Position numbers and translations under genes: made by a program
Part shown: in pieces, positions 22,840 to 36,133 of the stretch
How positions within the stretch are numbered: position 1 is the first letter of the stretch
Layout: each line of letters begins with the position of its first letter
The notes under the pieces: model-generated
Database searches by the model: none
What the model was told of the DNA's origin: nothing
Seen by the model: only the letters and a program-made list of their open reading frames with translations
Assembly (NCBI RefSeq): GCF_040938485.1
Contig: NW_027271380.1
Coordinates: 682,001 to 746,000, forward strand
Reading direction: 5' to 3'
Length of the DNA: 64,000 nt
Origin: Diadema antillarum
Lineage: Eukaryota

Positions 22840-25545
22840 GTGACCGCGCATAACAAAACGAGCAAAAAGTCGCACCCCTCGATTTTACGCGAGGATTAAA
22901 AAAAAATGAAACAGGTCAGCCAAGTCAATCTTGAGGTTTCCATATCTAAAAGAGTTATATTCTTCTACATTATACTCAAGTTTTAGATCATAGAGTGCAT
23001 GGGAAAAAGTGTCTCAGTATTTCTTCCACATTTTTTTTTTTTGTAGAGTAGTTTGATGAGGTATGTCTTCTAGAAGTCTCTTTTCATATATTTTGTACAC
23101 TTTTTACTTGTAACTCTAATGACTTTTAAAATGGTAATAGTACCTCTTTGAAACTTGGCATTATTCATGGACAGAATGTGGTAATACAGCATTTCTAATT
23201 TCAGTTTGATCTAATAATCCCTTCATCGTCTTTTTTTGTCCCATTCATACCACAGCTATAGCTCGGCTTGGTAAAGATCAAGTCTTTGTGTGCCACGTTT
23301 GCACGCGTGCCATGTTCGCATTCATTCATTCATTCATTCTTTCATTCATTCATTCATTCATTCATTCATTCATTCATTCATTACATTTAGCTATTTCCAT
23401 TCTTCTTTTTTCCAACAAAACATAACACATAATACATCTCGCGTTACACCAAAAACATAAACATTCAACTTTGCAAAAGATAAATGATACAGATAAACAA
23501 AAGAATGCATACTGTTAAAAAGATACAAAGGTATGCTTCAGTTGAGAAAACAAAATTGAGAGGTCCGCTATTTAAAGGTAAGCTTGTATGTTGTGAACCA
23601 CTAAAAAACACACAGCAAACTTGAAGTACTTATTTACAAACACTTATCATTGATATAATTTATGACAGAACGAAAAAAATTCAGGAGAAACACAAAAACA
23701 TGACACGACTTGACAGTATAGATAGAAAGAATGAAAGGAGAGAAAGGTGAAAAACAAGAGAATGCCTACACGGTGAACAAGGGGAATGGAACAGGAGGTG
23801 ATTGAATGTGTGCTTCAGAGAGCTGGTAATGCACACAGCTGTGCAAAGCTCATGTTGGCTACGTCATTACGTAATAATGAATTCAGTGACCGATTTATTG
23901 GTGGACGGATGATGAACCCTGAAGTTGATGAGATGTATTTAATAAGGAAAAATACCAGAGAGGATTTAACAGAAAGAATTTCAACTTGCGCTTAAAAAAT
24001 GCAAAGATAGGGATTTTTTTTTGTTTCACAGCTTAATGAATTCCAAAATATAGGATCGGTGTATACAAACGTATTCTGAGCTAATAACGTTATCAGGAGG
24101 AGTAAATGAAACTCATTAGATTGCCTAGTGGGATAATTATGAAAAACTGGTTGATTGGGAACATAATTGAAAATACTGGGAAGTGCATTGGCATTGTAAT
24201 TAGACATAAACTGACCAAGTTGAAAAAGGTACAAATCTTTGAATTTCAAAATGTTATATCTAGTAAATAATGGCTCTGGATGGGAACGTGGCGGGACGCC
24301 ACAAATAATACGAAGTGCTTTTGTTTGTTTGTTTGGTTTTTTTTGCAGAAACAGTAACAGTAGTTTACCCAGTAAAGTTTGATAGACACTTACTCAAGCT
24401 AGGAGTCCGTAATTAAGATAAAATAGACTTAAAGAAAAATACATGTACAATGTCAACAAAGAGGACAATGGAATATGAGACTTGAGTCTATTTTTGATAC
24501 CAATATTACGTGAAATTATTGTAGTGTTAATGATATGTGGCCTCATCGAACGTTTATCGTCCACAGTGATACCAAGAAATTTTATGTGAGACACACGTTC
24601 TGTCGTAAAAATGATATCTGTGCGTAAAGTTTCATGGAATTGCTTAAAAGCATATACGTGGTTTTCTTGAGATTAAGTGATAATTTATTAGCTCTTATCC
24701 ACTGAGTTACTTTTTTTTTCAATTCGGAGCTAACGATGCGTGCGAGAGTATCTGGATTTTGATGAGAAAAGAAAATAATCATTATATTTGAATCATCAGC
24801 AAAAAGTATACATGAGAGTATGTAAGATGATCTGCAACAGTCATTGATATAGATAATAAAAAAGTAAAGGTCCTAATAGGTTTGAGCATAATTATTCTAC
24901 TCAAACAGACCCCAACCGATCAATAAATCGCCAAATGCCAGAGTAAAAAAAAAAAATAATGAAAGCGTTTCTCACGAATCCATTCCTGTCTTATGTAGCT
25001 TGCATTCAATGTGATAATTGACTATCAAGTGGTGTTCCCTTCTTGATTTACAAGTAAATTCTAAGTTGTTGTCACTGTTTTGTGTGAAAAGTCATGCCTC
25101 TACAATTATTATGTAGCTTCTGGCCATTAGAAAGAAAAAACAATCATAGATTTGTCATACAATTTACATCAAAACAAAACTTGGCAATTATCACATGCCC
25201 AGTTTAACAGAAATCTATTAAAGTTACATTGATTTCAAAAAACGGAATGTTTCCCCAAAGAATGACTATTTTGCAGTCTCAACTTAATATGGCACACAGG
25301 GAGTCGACACCATGGCACATAAAAAATTAAGCGCTTGAATAGACCCTATCATACGTCAGATCATCTTTTCTCAGTTCATACTTTCCAGAGTGTGTGCTTT
25401 CTTTCCATTATTTGGATAGGTTAGGAGAGTCCATTTGAGCTGAGTTATACATCATTTTAAAGGATAGAGGCTACTTTTTCAGAATCGGTCCTTAACTAAT
25501 ACTTTACGTCTGGCGACTTTTTGTTGGTTTGTGATGAAGGGTCAC
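22840..25545 (+). mobile_element. MITE-A copy split by a ~2-kb insertion (arms 22840-23282 and ~25321-25545)
   Basis: The left arm ends GGTAAAGATCAAG and the right arm resumes AAAATTAAGCGCTTGAATAGAC. The intact reference reads GGTAAAGATTAAGCGCTTGAATAGAC. Confidence 0.8.
23311..24900 (-). mobile_element. 5'-truncated, degraded CR1/L2-group LINE with (GAAT)n tail
   Basis: Minus-strand fragments GPLLF..IYIND (~24840-24880), FADDSNI (~24790-24805), WIRANKLSLN, KFLGI, HNYPTR and WNSL. The tail is the (TTCA)n run at ~23320-23382. Confidence 0.88.
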
Positions 25546-26780
25546 ATACATAATATTATGATATACACAATTATATTACTAATATATGTCCTTGTGTAGA
25601 ATGACAATCACATAAAATAGAATATCATTGTACTCTTTCATATCGATTATTATGCATTGTATATCACGCAGAGAGCAGTACACAATGAAGGTAGTGTCAT
25701 GTAGTCACTTTGCACTATACAACGTAGCGTGACATACATTCTGTAAGAATCATAAAAAAGAATGAAGAAAATTTGTTTTGCGAAGTTCTACATTTTTTTT
25801 CCAAAATCGTTACAGTTACATGATCTAACTATGATCTACCAAAGACCAAGAGAGAATGAAAGGGAGGGAAGACATTGGATATTGTTTGTTCAAACATGCT
25901 TATGGCACGTCCGTGAACTGACTTCATCTAAGTGGCTTCAAATCCGAGGTTTATTTCCATTTTTTTCCCCTCGGTATTCATAATAATAGCATACGGGTAA
26001 AAGAAAACATAATAAAAAACAACAACTCTACGGCATGTTCTGTTGTCTAACATTAATAGGTTGAAACAAACTCACATAGCAATAAACATCACTATTATCC
26101 TCTTTATAACAGTTAATGCGATTCAGTAAATACATAAATGTAGAGGGAGTATCAAATAATGTAAAGATAGACGATTACAGCGGAAAACATGAATCACCCC
26201 CCCCCCCCCCATTCCATTTTTTCCCCCTTCGGTAGGTATGTGAAAAAAATCCACATGTAGCATTTACAGCCGTAGCAATGAACTGCATTGTATTGTGATT
26301 TGTACAGAAAAAAAAAACAACCTTCACCTGTTATGAGTTTGCGATTTTCCACCAGGAGATATCCATTAGTATCAAAAGGTGCATTGTGTTGTAAAGTACT
26401 AGGGGGTTTAAGTGGCCTTCAGTGTATACGTTCTTTCTTTCACAACTGAACAGGCCAATTACCTCAAAGGACATGTCATATATAAGGGCGAACTGTAAGA
26501 AAGATATAAGATTAGGAAAAGTTATTAAAAAAAAAACAAACACAAAAAAGTAACCAAGTAAGCAAATAAACAGAAACTACAAAAAATAAGACAAGACGTC
26601 AGATCCATGAAGTCTGCTCGAAATCAACTCGAATTCTGATAGCAATCAACGAGAATTTGTCAAGCAAGAATAAAGACGGAAACAGTATCGTCTTCCCCCC
26701 CCCCCCCCCCACACACACACTGCTTGTTTTGTTTAGGTATGACATAATAGTGCTGCTTTACGATTCCTTGCTTACATGAC

Positions 26781-26912
26781 TATAAGTAGAGAGCTCCTAC
26801 TCACGGCGATACACATCTCGTCGAAACGTCGCATGGTCCCGTCTTACCATATTGTTCCCTTTGGAAAGATTTATCTCCTAAGCGGATTGGTGCTTTTCAC
26901 AGAGGGGTAAGC
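26781..26912 (+). promoter_or_regulatory. Putative promoter/non-coding exon 1 of copy 3
   Basis: TATAAG at 26781; donor GGG|GTAAGC at 26907; acceptor at 27770-27771. Confidence 0.55.
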
Positions 26913-27839
26913 TTGAAGTTGTTGTTCATTCAAGTTCTAGAATGTATAGAAGAGGCAACCGGGAACCTAAGCTACGTTCTACTTCTTTTTGTTCAATTGA
27001 ATAACAAGTGTGCACGGCCCTCAATTTAACCGCAAAAGTTGATGTGAATTTTGATTCAATAGCGATTAATTCAAATTTAGAAAAGGCATGTCATTTTAAC
27101 TCCCTTCCTAAATGCATGGTCAAAATAGAAGTAAATTATCGCGAAGCTACTTAACATTACGAAGACAGAGCATAACTCGTTTTCTCACACAACTCAGTAT
27201 AAACGTTTCTCTGTTGTTTTACATCAAACTGTAGTCTCGAAGTTGACATTATCATAGTTTTCGCACTGTCCCTTCACGTGATCACAAGATCGAGTTGCAA
27301 ACCCTCTATAAAATCGGCAGTACCTGGAAAATCTAGTTGCTTTCCACTCGATAAATGATTTGCTAAACGATTGATTTTGACAAAATAGAGATGTAATGTC
27401 ATCACAGTAGGTGTAAAAACTCAGAGATTGTAAAAGGAAGAAAACTGCCCATATAGCGCGCTATCATTACTTTCCTTTCCGACGGTTTGGAATTGACGCT
27501 AAGACATCACTGCATTCGCTGTAATTGATATCAAAGAAAATAAACATCGTATTCAAGATTACTGGTATCTTTTTTGTTTGAATGTATTGATCATTAGCAT
27601 TGATTTTCTACCTAGGAACAGAGTAAAACTCCTGGTAGGGCTGGTTATTCCTCGTGTTTAATTTTCTTCAACTCGAATGATTATTGTTTCTTTATCAAAG
27701 TAAGACTGGGACATTTGGAAAGTATGTCAACTCACAAGTTTCATTCGTGATTCATCTTATATTTCTTGCAGTCTTGGCAAAACAATATTCCTTTGAGGTA
27801 GCAGCAGCGATTAAATCTTCAGAAGGCGTTAGCAGCAAA

Positions 27840-28943
27840 ATGAATACGGAGCTCAACAGTTCACAATGGGAGAATCAACGGGAGATGTACACAACTTATT
27901 TTGAAGTGACAGAACTGGAACAAACAATGACTTGGTCCTGGCATCCCATGCAGTGGTCATGGTATGTCATTGGAGAACTGGTAACCGCAGTACTCGGAAT
28001 CATAGGAAACCTCCTTGTGATTGTCGTCATTTTCTGTCGACGTTCGAAGAGTAGATCTACCGATATTCTGGTAGGTCACCTGGCGTGTGCTGATTTACTG
28101 ACATCGCTGTTCCTGGTTCCATATCCTGATATAAACACCGTCCCATACACATGGTTTGGAGCCATATTCTGCAAGGTCATCAAGGGGAATTACTTGATGT
28201 GGACATCGGTGACCGCATCCATATACATCCTATCGGCCATATCAATTGATCGCTACTTTGCTGTCGTGTATCCTTTGCATTTTAAGCGTTTCATCAGTCG
28301 CAGACTCGTCATTGCGGTTGTCTTCGTGATTTGGATCGGTGCCTGCGTTCTCATGATCCCGGTACTTTTGATCAACAACGCAGACGTTATCCCGGGAAAA
28401 TGCATATTTCATCTACCATTTCCGAAGCTCCAGGTCGCTTACGGCTTGTTCACCTTCATCATCCGACTCGCCATTCCCACAAGCATCATGTTATTCACCC
28501 AGGTTACTATCGCTCGCGTCCTCCGACGGGAAGCTTCTCGTTTCAAATCACAGAAGACGGCGCAGTCGCTACCGTCCTCTTTCCACGACGTAGCACGAGC
28601 CCGCGTTCTTGAGCTTCTGCTCCTGGTCGTGGTGGTGTATATAGTTTGCTGGGCCCCAGACCAGCTAGCTTTTCTCTCCTTCAACCTCGGGCTAGTGCCC
28701 GACTCTCACTTCGCCAGTCCTCTCCATCGCATCCTAATCGTTCTCGCCTTTTGCAACTCTTGCGCTAACCCGATCATTTACACTTTTCGTCACCAAAAAT
28801 TCCGGAGGGCTGCCAGAGATTTCTTCAAAGGAGTTACCGCAAGTAGATTGCCGATATTTGAAGAATTCGTTTCCGAGAACACTCAGTCGAGCGCTCACCG
28901 GAACACGACCCCACCAGGTATCGAACAACACCAAAACTATTGA
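27840..28943 (+). CDS. Type A GPCR copy 3, intact, 367 aa from ATG 27840
   Basis: All class A motifs are present. The longer ORF-track N-terminus runs back through a predicted splice acceptor (AG 27770-27771) and is probably not translated. Confidence 0.93.
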   Translation: MNTELNSSQWENQREMYTTYFEVTELEQTMTWSWHPMQWSWYVIGELVTAVLGIIGNLLVIVVIFCRRSKSRSTDILVGHLACADLLTSLFLVPYPDINTVPYTWFGAIFCKVIKGNYLMWTSVTASIYILSAISIDRYFAVVYPLHFKRFISRRLVIAVVFVIWIGACVLMIPVLLINNADVIPGKCIFHLPFPKLQVAYGLFTFIIRLAIPTSIMLFTQVTIARVLRREASRFKSQKTAQSLPSSFHDVARARVLELLLLVVVVYIVCWAPDQLAFLSFNLGLVPDSHFASPLHRILIVLAFCNSCANPIIYTFRHQKFRRAARDFFKGVTASRLPIFEEFVSENTQSSAHRNTTPPGIEQHQNY

Positions 28944-29464
28944 AATCATACTAAAAATCAAATCACTTTAAGTCTTGGGAACTCAAAACGCAAATTGATA
29001 AATAGTTAATAATATTTTGGAGTAACAAAGGTCACTTCTGAGAATTTCCACCTTTTGAGAGAATCTTTGGAAATTCATGATTTCGAATCAAAATGATTAA
29101 TGTTTTGCAATATCCCATTCACTTATATTATTAAATGATATTAATGATAACATCTCATGACAAAGTCAAATCAGAGAATACATCTTCAGGTTCTTCTCAT
29201 TTCATCAACGGAATGAATAAAAGAAAAAAATTCTGCGTTGTCTTTTATACGCCGAAAGCCTTGGAATCGGCTTCTTCCGGGCGACTTTTCATCAGGAGAG
29301 TGGCGATTGTAAAGGACTGCAGAAGCGTTACAAGCAGATAAATGTGTGTGCGGAATAGAGTATTGATAACGGGATGGGTATAGACCGAATGAATAATCAG
29401 ATGATATGTTGAGAAAATACTGCCACATTTTAACAGGTACTGATGAACGAACACAAGTCCCACC

Positions 29465-30450
29465 AAAATGACAACAGCCGTGCATCAGCTGTCTACTTAC
29501 CCTTTTGTTTGTATTTATCTATGTATCCATAGATTTGTTCCTTAATATTATTATAAGCATTACCCTTTTTTTAGTGACATGCAGTTGAGGTGGTTATTGG
29601 TAATCGTCGTTATTTTCTCTTGCCAGTGATAGGTATCTTAATGAATAGTCTAGTGTTATGGATGCATAATTATTGCATTGGTACATCACTGTTCCGCGGA
29701 GGAAGATTGAAATAAGGTAGAGTTCCACAAGATGGATGGACTGACCACACGCCTTGTTTAAGAAGCTGGGTTATAGAGATTGTGGTTATGATGGCCTTGT
29801 TTTGGTCCAATCTAACCTCCGTAACACTAGGCGTGATTCATTTCCTCACCTTAGTCATTTCAATTCGTTTTCTCGGAGTCTTATCTATTAAAAAAAGTTC
29901 ACCTGAACAGTGTTCTATAAAGTTAAACAAGGGGATTGTCTGATGTGGACGTCAGTAACGTCGTCTATATACTAACTCCGAGCCGTTTCCTGTAACAGCT
30001 TTTCATTTTTTTTACGTCATCTACTTTAAACAGTTCGTCAATCGTCGACCTCTGCATGCCGTTGTCTTCTCTTAGACCAACTCAGCATTTGTAGTCATTT
30101 CCAAATATGTGACTGATTGTAATAGAATAGTAAGGGCAGTGATATACTTTAGTAGTTGAAATTGCATTTTTCAGTTAATTCCAAGGAACATTCAAATCTC
30201 CTACGGACATTTCGTGACCGTTGCCCGATCGCTCACGCGACCCCTCGCCAGGAGCCTCTTTCCCCACTCTCTTCATCTCAGACCCTCCATCGTGAGGCCG
30301 TTCGCTTTACCTCGACGGAAATACCGAACCCGATGTTAGCGTCATTTCAAAAAAAAAAAAAAGTCGCCAAGAGTTTATTCATCAGACTCAAAGGTCGTTT
30401 TGATCTAGGCCTATAGGCAATGTTTGAGAGAAAGGAAGTTCACAAACATG
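29465..30450 (+). pseudogene. Decayed type-B-like GPCR, unit 3
   Basis: GTTCTATAAAGTTAAACAAGGGGATTGTCTGATGTGGACGTCAGTAACGTCGTCTATATAC (~29912) versus GTTCTGTAAAGTTATAAAAGGGGACTATCTGATGTGGACGTCAGTAACGGCGTCCATATAC in gene B (~61001). Confidence 0.85.
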
Positions 30451-30650
30451 GAATTCGAACGAAAATCAATTTGAGTTTTCATACGATTAGATCGATGGAA
30501 ATAAAATTTTCTTGTCGAGGAAAGATGGATTTATAGTTGAGACGATGACTGGGTTGGTCCACCCTTGCCAAGCGATTCTGGAAGGCTCGCAAATGATGTT
30601 AGTTCCTTGTGTCATGTAAAAGGGCTGCAACCAAATCAAGCTGCGTTAAT

Positions 30651-31046
30651 CATATTTTACATATAACTGGGCTATTTGAGACCAAGTTTTTACGGTTCGG
30701 TGTAATAATGTCAGAGGTAAAGATGTCATAGGAAAAAATGTCAGAAGTCAAAATGTCAGAGGTAAAAATGTCAGAAGTAAAAATGTCAGAAGTCAAAATG
30801 TCAGAGGTAAAAATGTCAGAGGTAATAATGTCAGAGGTAAAAATGTCAGAGGTAAAAATGTCAGAGGTAAATATGTCAGAGGTAAAAATGTCGAAGTAGA
30901 AACGTCACAGGTAAAAATTTCACAGGCAAAGATGATATCTGGTGGCAATGATATGCCAGTCATATTATGGGTAATAAAACTCCCTATCCAATCCCGTTTG
31001 AGTTATGAAAATCGGTAAAATGCTTTTTGAGATATATGTAAAAATG
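30651..31046. mobile_element. Small TIR-bounded element carrying a 15-bp minisatellite
   Basis: Ends CATATTTTACATATA and TATATGTAAAAATG are near inverted. Absent from other units after CAAGCTGCGTTA. Confidence 0.55.
30702..30926 (+). repeat. Tandem repeat, ~15 x GTAAAAATGTCAGAG
   Basis: Read directly from the sequence; units degenerate toward the 3' end. Confidence 0.95.
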
Positions 31047-31083
31047 CTAGGGGGAACTTACTTTTTTGGTTGAGTGTATGTAC

Positions 31084-31148
<65 letters not shown>

Positions 31149-31833
31149 TTACCATGACAACTAGGGGGAAACAGATCCTAACGACGTCAGAAGTAGGCAA
31201 CGCAAAGTTTACAAGGTTTTTAACGTATTAATCTGTATTGATTAAGATGCCAATAAGGTTAAAGATAACATGTTACCACGTTATGTCCCCATGAACAATG
31301 GCTATGTATGTCCTGTGGGTATGGGAGATGTATATAAAACTTTTCATCCGTGTGTTGTATTTGTGTCTGTAGGGTATGGAAAGAACAGACTCCAACAAGA
31401 GCAATTTCTTAGACTTCTGTGTTTGTTGAATTACACATTTCACAATTCATTAATCTGCGTACAAAAATACAAAACGTGTAAAATATTGAATAAAAGAATA
31501 ACCTCGATAGACATACAAAATACATACAAAATATAACGTCCACGGCATTCCAATCATTGTAATCTTGTAAGCAGTTAAATGAACTAACTTGTGGAAAGGA
31601 AGTGTAGTGCCTCCATAACCCACTATAACTTTGTTGCATAAAACATAGCAGTAAGAGTTGTGAGAGTTTAGCCATTTGAGAACAAGGTGACTAAAAATTA
31701 CCGAACGGGAGCAGTAATCGAAATCCAAGAACTAGAACATCATTTTTTACGACCCCTCGCTCTTTTGATATCTCTCCTTGTGTGTGTATGTGTGTGTGTG
31801 TGTGTGTGTCTCGTAATATATATATGATATATC

Positions 31834-31872
<39 letters not shown>

Positions 31873-32015
31873 GAAAAAGGCTAGTTACACAGTCGAAAGC
31901 TTGGGAAATAAAGGCCATAGTGAACATCACTGCAACGTCTATACTGCAAGTCATTCCCCGTCACACATATACCCAATAATGCAGCACCCACCACGTACGA
32001 GGCCAAGCCCGCTTC

Positions 32016-32069
<54 letters not shown>

Positions 32070-32788
32070 CTATACATATAATATTGTAACGCCATGTCGT
32101 TCTTTTTTTGAACTCCCTTCCACCACCGACCGCTGTGGAGTCGGCAAAGGCCTTCAAGGCTTTGAATTTGTGATATCAGAAATTCTATTTTTTTTTCTTT
32201 CATATCCCCCCACCCTCCAATATATTATTAGTCTCATCTTCGGGTGGTATTTTAGAAAAAGTCGCCATGTAGCCTGAGCAGCCGTAGCGGTGAATTGCGT
32301 TGTATTGTGATTTGTAGAGAAAATCCATCATCTGTGATGAGTTTGCGATTTTTGACCAGGAAATATCCATTAGTATCAAACGATGCAATGTGCTGTGCAG
32401 TACAAGGAGGTTTAAAAGGCCTTCAGAGCGCACAGTCATCCTTTCTTTCATAACTGAACTGGCCAATTACCTTAAAGCACTTGTAATAGAAAGGCGTAAT
32501 GTAAGAAAGATATAGATCTAGGAAAATACTTTAAAGAAAACCAAGTAAGCAAATAAACAGAAACTACAAAACAAAAAATAAGACAAGACGTCAGATCCAT
32601 GAAGTGCGTTCGAAATGACCTCGTTTATAATTCTGATAACAATCAACGAGAATTTGTCAAGCAAGAACAAGAACACGTACAAAAAACATTGTCGTCTTCC
32701 CCCCACCCCCCCCCGCCCCATGCACACTGAATATTTTGTTTAGATATGACGTAATAGTGCTGTTTTTACGATTCCTTGCTTACATGAA

Positions 32789-32920
32789 TATAAGTAGGGG
32801 GTACAACACACGGTGATAGACATCTCGTCGAAACGTCGCATGGTCCCGTCTTATACCATATTGTACTCTTCGGAAAGATTTTCTCCTACGCGGATAGGTG
32901 ATTTTCACAGAGGGGTAAGC
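32789..32920 (+). promoter_or_regulatory. Putative promoter/non-coding exon 1 of copy 4
   Basis: TATAAG at 32789; donor GGG|GTAAGC at 32915; acceptor at 34467-34468. Confidence 0.55.
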
Positions 32921-34536
32921 TTGAAGTTGTATTTCATTCAAATTTCAGGACATAAAAAAAGGAAACCAGGAACCCAAACTACGTTCTACTTCTTTTTGTT
33001 GAATTGACTAACAAGTATTCACGACCCACAATTTAACCGCAAGAGCTAGTGTGAATTCTGATTCAAGAGCGATTAATTACAACATAAAAACGGCATGTCA
33101 TTTTGACTCCCTTCCTAAATGTACGATCAAAATAGATGATAATTATCTCGATGCCACGTAACATTAAAAAGACATAGCATATGAACCATTTTCTCAGAGA
33201 ACCCAGCTACAAATGTTTCTCTGTTGTTTTACTTCGAAATTAAGTCTCGAAGTTGACATTATTTTAGTTTTTACACTGCCCCTTCAGGTGATTACACGAA
33301 CGAGTTGCTATGTAAACCCTCTCTAAAATCGGCAGTACCTGCAAATCTAGTGCCTTTCCACTCGTAAATGATTCGATAAACAATTAATTTTCTCTTGAAA
33401 AACTGCCTCGGAGACAGGTGCGAAAAAAGAAGCAATGTTACAAATAAACTTTGACAAATGAATTTGCAACATAGGTGAAGTTTAGGCGATGAAAAATCTT
33501 AACAAAATATGATGTATTGCCTCATAACAATACCCGTAAAAAGTCAGATATTGAGAAAGGAAGAAAACTAGCCGTGCAGTCAACTTTGGCAGCAATAGCC
33601 TTTACAGTTTTTTAACTTTATATTTTCATAAAAAATTCCTTGTAAAATGAAGTAGGGAAATCAATCTATCAGTGGATCAATCTTAAGCTCAGCGCCTGAC
33701 AAATTTATAACTGCAAAACATTAAAAAAACCAACATATCTTCCCGACATATGGCTTTCGTGATGCCGCATCACATACTCTAAAAAAAAAAAAAAGTATCG
33801 TAGTGACATGCTGCAATAAAGTAATATGTGTCGAATGTTAACATGTTTTCTCACTTGAAAATTGGACTGGAGATAGTTGTAATATCAAACTTTAAAAAAT
33901 GTCATATTCCATAATGTATTGCAAATCACCCCATTCTGCAATTCCTCGGCATTCATGTATTCGGTAACAATTATGACAACAGGTTACATTTAATGTTTAG
34001 ATAATACGAAATGCTGGGTTGTAAGCAATGAAAACCTTCCTTTCATTACTTTCCTTTCCGACGGTTTGTTCTTGACGCTAAAACATTACTGTGTTCGCTT
34101 TAATATTGATATATGACAACATAAACATCGTATTCAAATTTACTTGTATAATCCTTTTTGTTTGAATGTATTCATGATTACCATCGATTTTCCATTATAA
34201 GGAAAGTAGGAGCAGAGTATCAAAACTCCTTGAACGGCTTGTTATTATTGTTATATGCTGGTATCTTTTTTTGTTTGAACGTATTGATCATTAGCATTGA
34301 TTTTCTAAGTAGGAACAGAGTAAAACCCCTGGTAGGGCTGGTTATTCCTGGTGTATAATTTTCTTCAACTCGAATAATTATTGTTTCTTTATTAAAGTAA
34401 GACTGGGACATTTGGAAAGTATGTCTACTTACAAGTTTCATTCGTGATTCATCTTATATTTCTTGCAGTCTTGGCAAAACAATATTTCTTTGAGGTAGCA
34501 GCAGCGATTAAATCTTCAGAAGGCGTTAGCAGCAAA

Positions 34537-35644
34537 ATGAATACGGAGCTCAACAGTTCACAGTGGGAGAATCAACGGGAGATGTACACAACTGATTTTG
34601 AAGTGACAGAAACGAAACAAACAAACAATGACTTGGTCCTGGCATCCCATGCAGTGGTCATGGTATGTCATTGGAGAACTGGTAACCGCGGTTCTCGGAA
34701 TCATAGGAAACCTTCTTGTGATTGTCGTCATATTCTGTCGCCATTCGAAGAGTAGATCTACCGATATTCTGGTAGGTCACCTGGCGTATGCTGATTTACT
34801 GACATCGCTGTTCCTGATTCCATATCCTGATATAAACACCATCCCATACACATGGTTTGGAGCCCTATTCTGCAAGGTTATCAAGGGGAATTACTTGATG
34901 TGGACATCGGTGACTGCGTCAATATACATCCTATCGGCTATATCAATTGATCGCTACTTTGCTGTCGTGTATCCCTTGCATTTTAAGCGTTTCATCAGTC
35001 GCAGACTTGTCATTGCGGTGGTCTCCTTGATTTGGATCGGTGCCTCCGTTCTCAATAGCCCGATACTTTTGATCAACAACGCAGACGTTATCCCGGGAAA
35101 ATGCATATTTCATCTACCGTTCCCGAAGCTCCAGGCCGCTTTCGGCTTTTTCGTTTTCATCATCCGACTCGCCATTCCCACAATCGTCATGCTGTTCACC
35201 CAGGTTACTATCGCTCGCGTCCTCCGACGGGAATCTTCTCGTTTCAAATCACAGAAGACGGCGCAGTCGCTACCGTCCTCTTTCCACGACGTAGCACGAG
35301 CCCGCATTCTTGAGCTTCTGCTCCTGGTCGTGGTGGTGTATATAATTTGCTGGGCCCCAGACCAGCTAGCTTTTCTCTCTTTTAACCTTGGGCTGTTGCC
35401 TAACTCCTACTTCACCAGTCCACTCCATCGCATCTTTATCGTCCTCGCTTTTTGCAACTCGTGCGCTAACCCAATCATTTACACTTTTCGTCACCAAAAA
35501 TTTCGGAGAGCTGCCAAAGATCTCTTCAAAGGAGTTACCGCAAGTAGATCGCCGATATTTGAAGAATTCGTTTCCGAGAACACTCCGACGAACGGTCACC
35601 GGGACACAACACGAGCAGGTGTCGCAAAACACCAAAGTTATTGA
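34537..35644 (+). pseudogene. Type A GPCR copy 4, +4 frameshift in the N-terminus; a full 7TM ORF (338 aa) remains from ATG 34628
   Basis: GAAACAAACAAACAATG here versus GAACAAACAATG in copy 5, i.e. one extra AAAC unit at ~34615-34627. The downstream ORF 34628-35644 keeps TM1-TM7. Confidence 0.8.
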
Positions 35645-36133
35645 AATTATACTCTAAAATCAAATCACTTTCAGTCTAGAGAACCCGAAACGTTCCCCAC
35701 GACACAGAAATCCATAATTCGTAATATCAACGGTCACTTCTGACGATTACCACTCTTTCACTGAAACTTTGAAAAATCATGATCTCGAAAGTGATTAATG
35801 TTTCGCAACATCCAATACGTTTATATCAAATTCTATCAATAATAGCATTTGAAGAAGGCAACTCAGAGTACAACTTCAGATTCTTCTCATTTCACCAAAC
35901 GGAGTAAATAAAAAAAAAAAAATCTGTGTTGTCTTTCATTACGCCGAAGACCGGGGTGTCATTATATCGAAATTTCATCACTGGGGAACAAATAGGGTAT
36001 GTGAAGATTATTATTTTGATAATGTTATTAATTGTTGGGACCTGAATTCTTACTTCTTACCTCGTTGCAACAAAATCGCATTATAACCGTGTAAGTCAAA
36101 ACGGATGTGCACTGTACATTCCGTTGTAGTATT

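Noticed and set aside
27684-27839. Long N-terminal extensions of the GPCR ORFs (also 17819, 34444, 60526, 4970)
   Set aside because: They begin at non-ATG or unconserved starts and run across a conserved polypyrimidine-AG acceptor. The MNT/MNI/MNP ATG is the position shared by the paralogs.
30702-30926. Regular repeats here and at 20257-20435 considered as CRISPR-like arrays
   Set aside because: There are no unique spacers and no cas genes, and the context is eukaryotic. These are plain tandem or inverted repeats.
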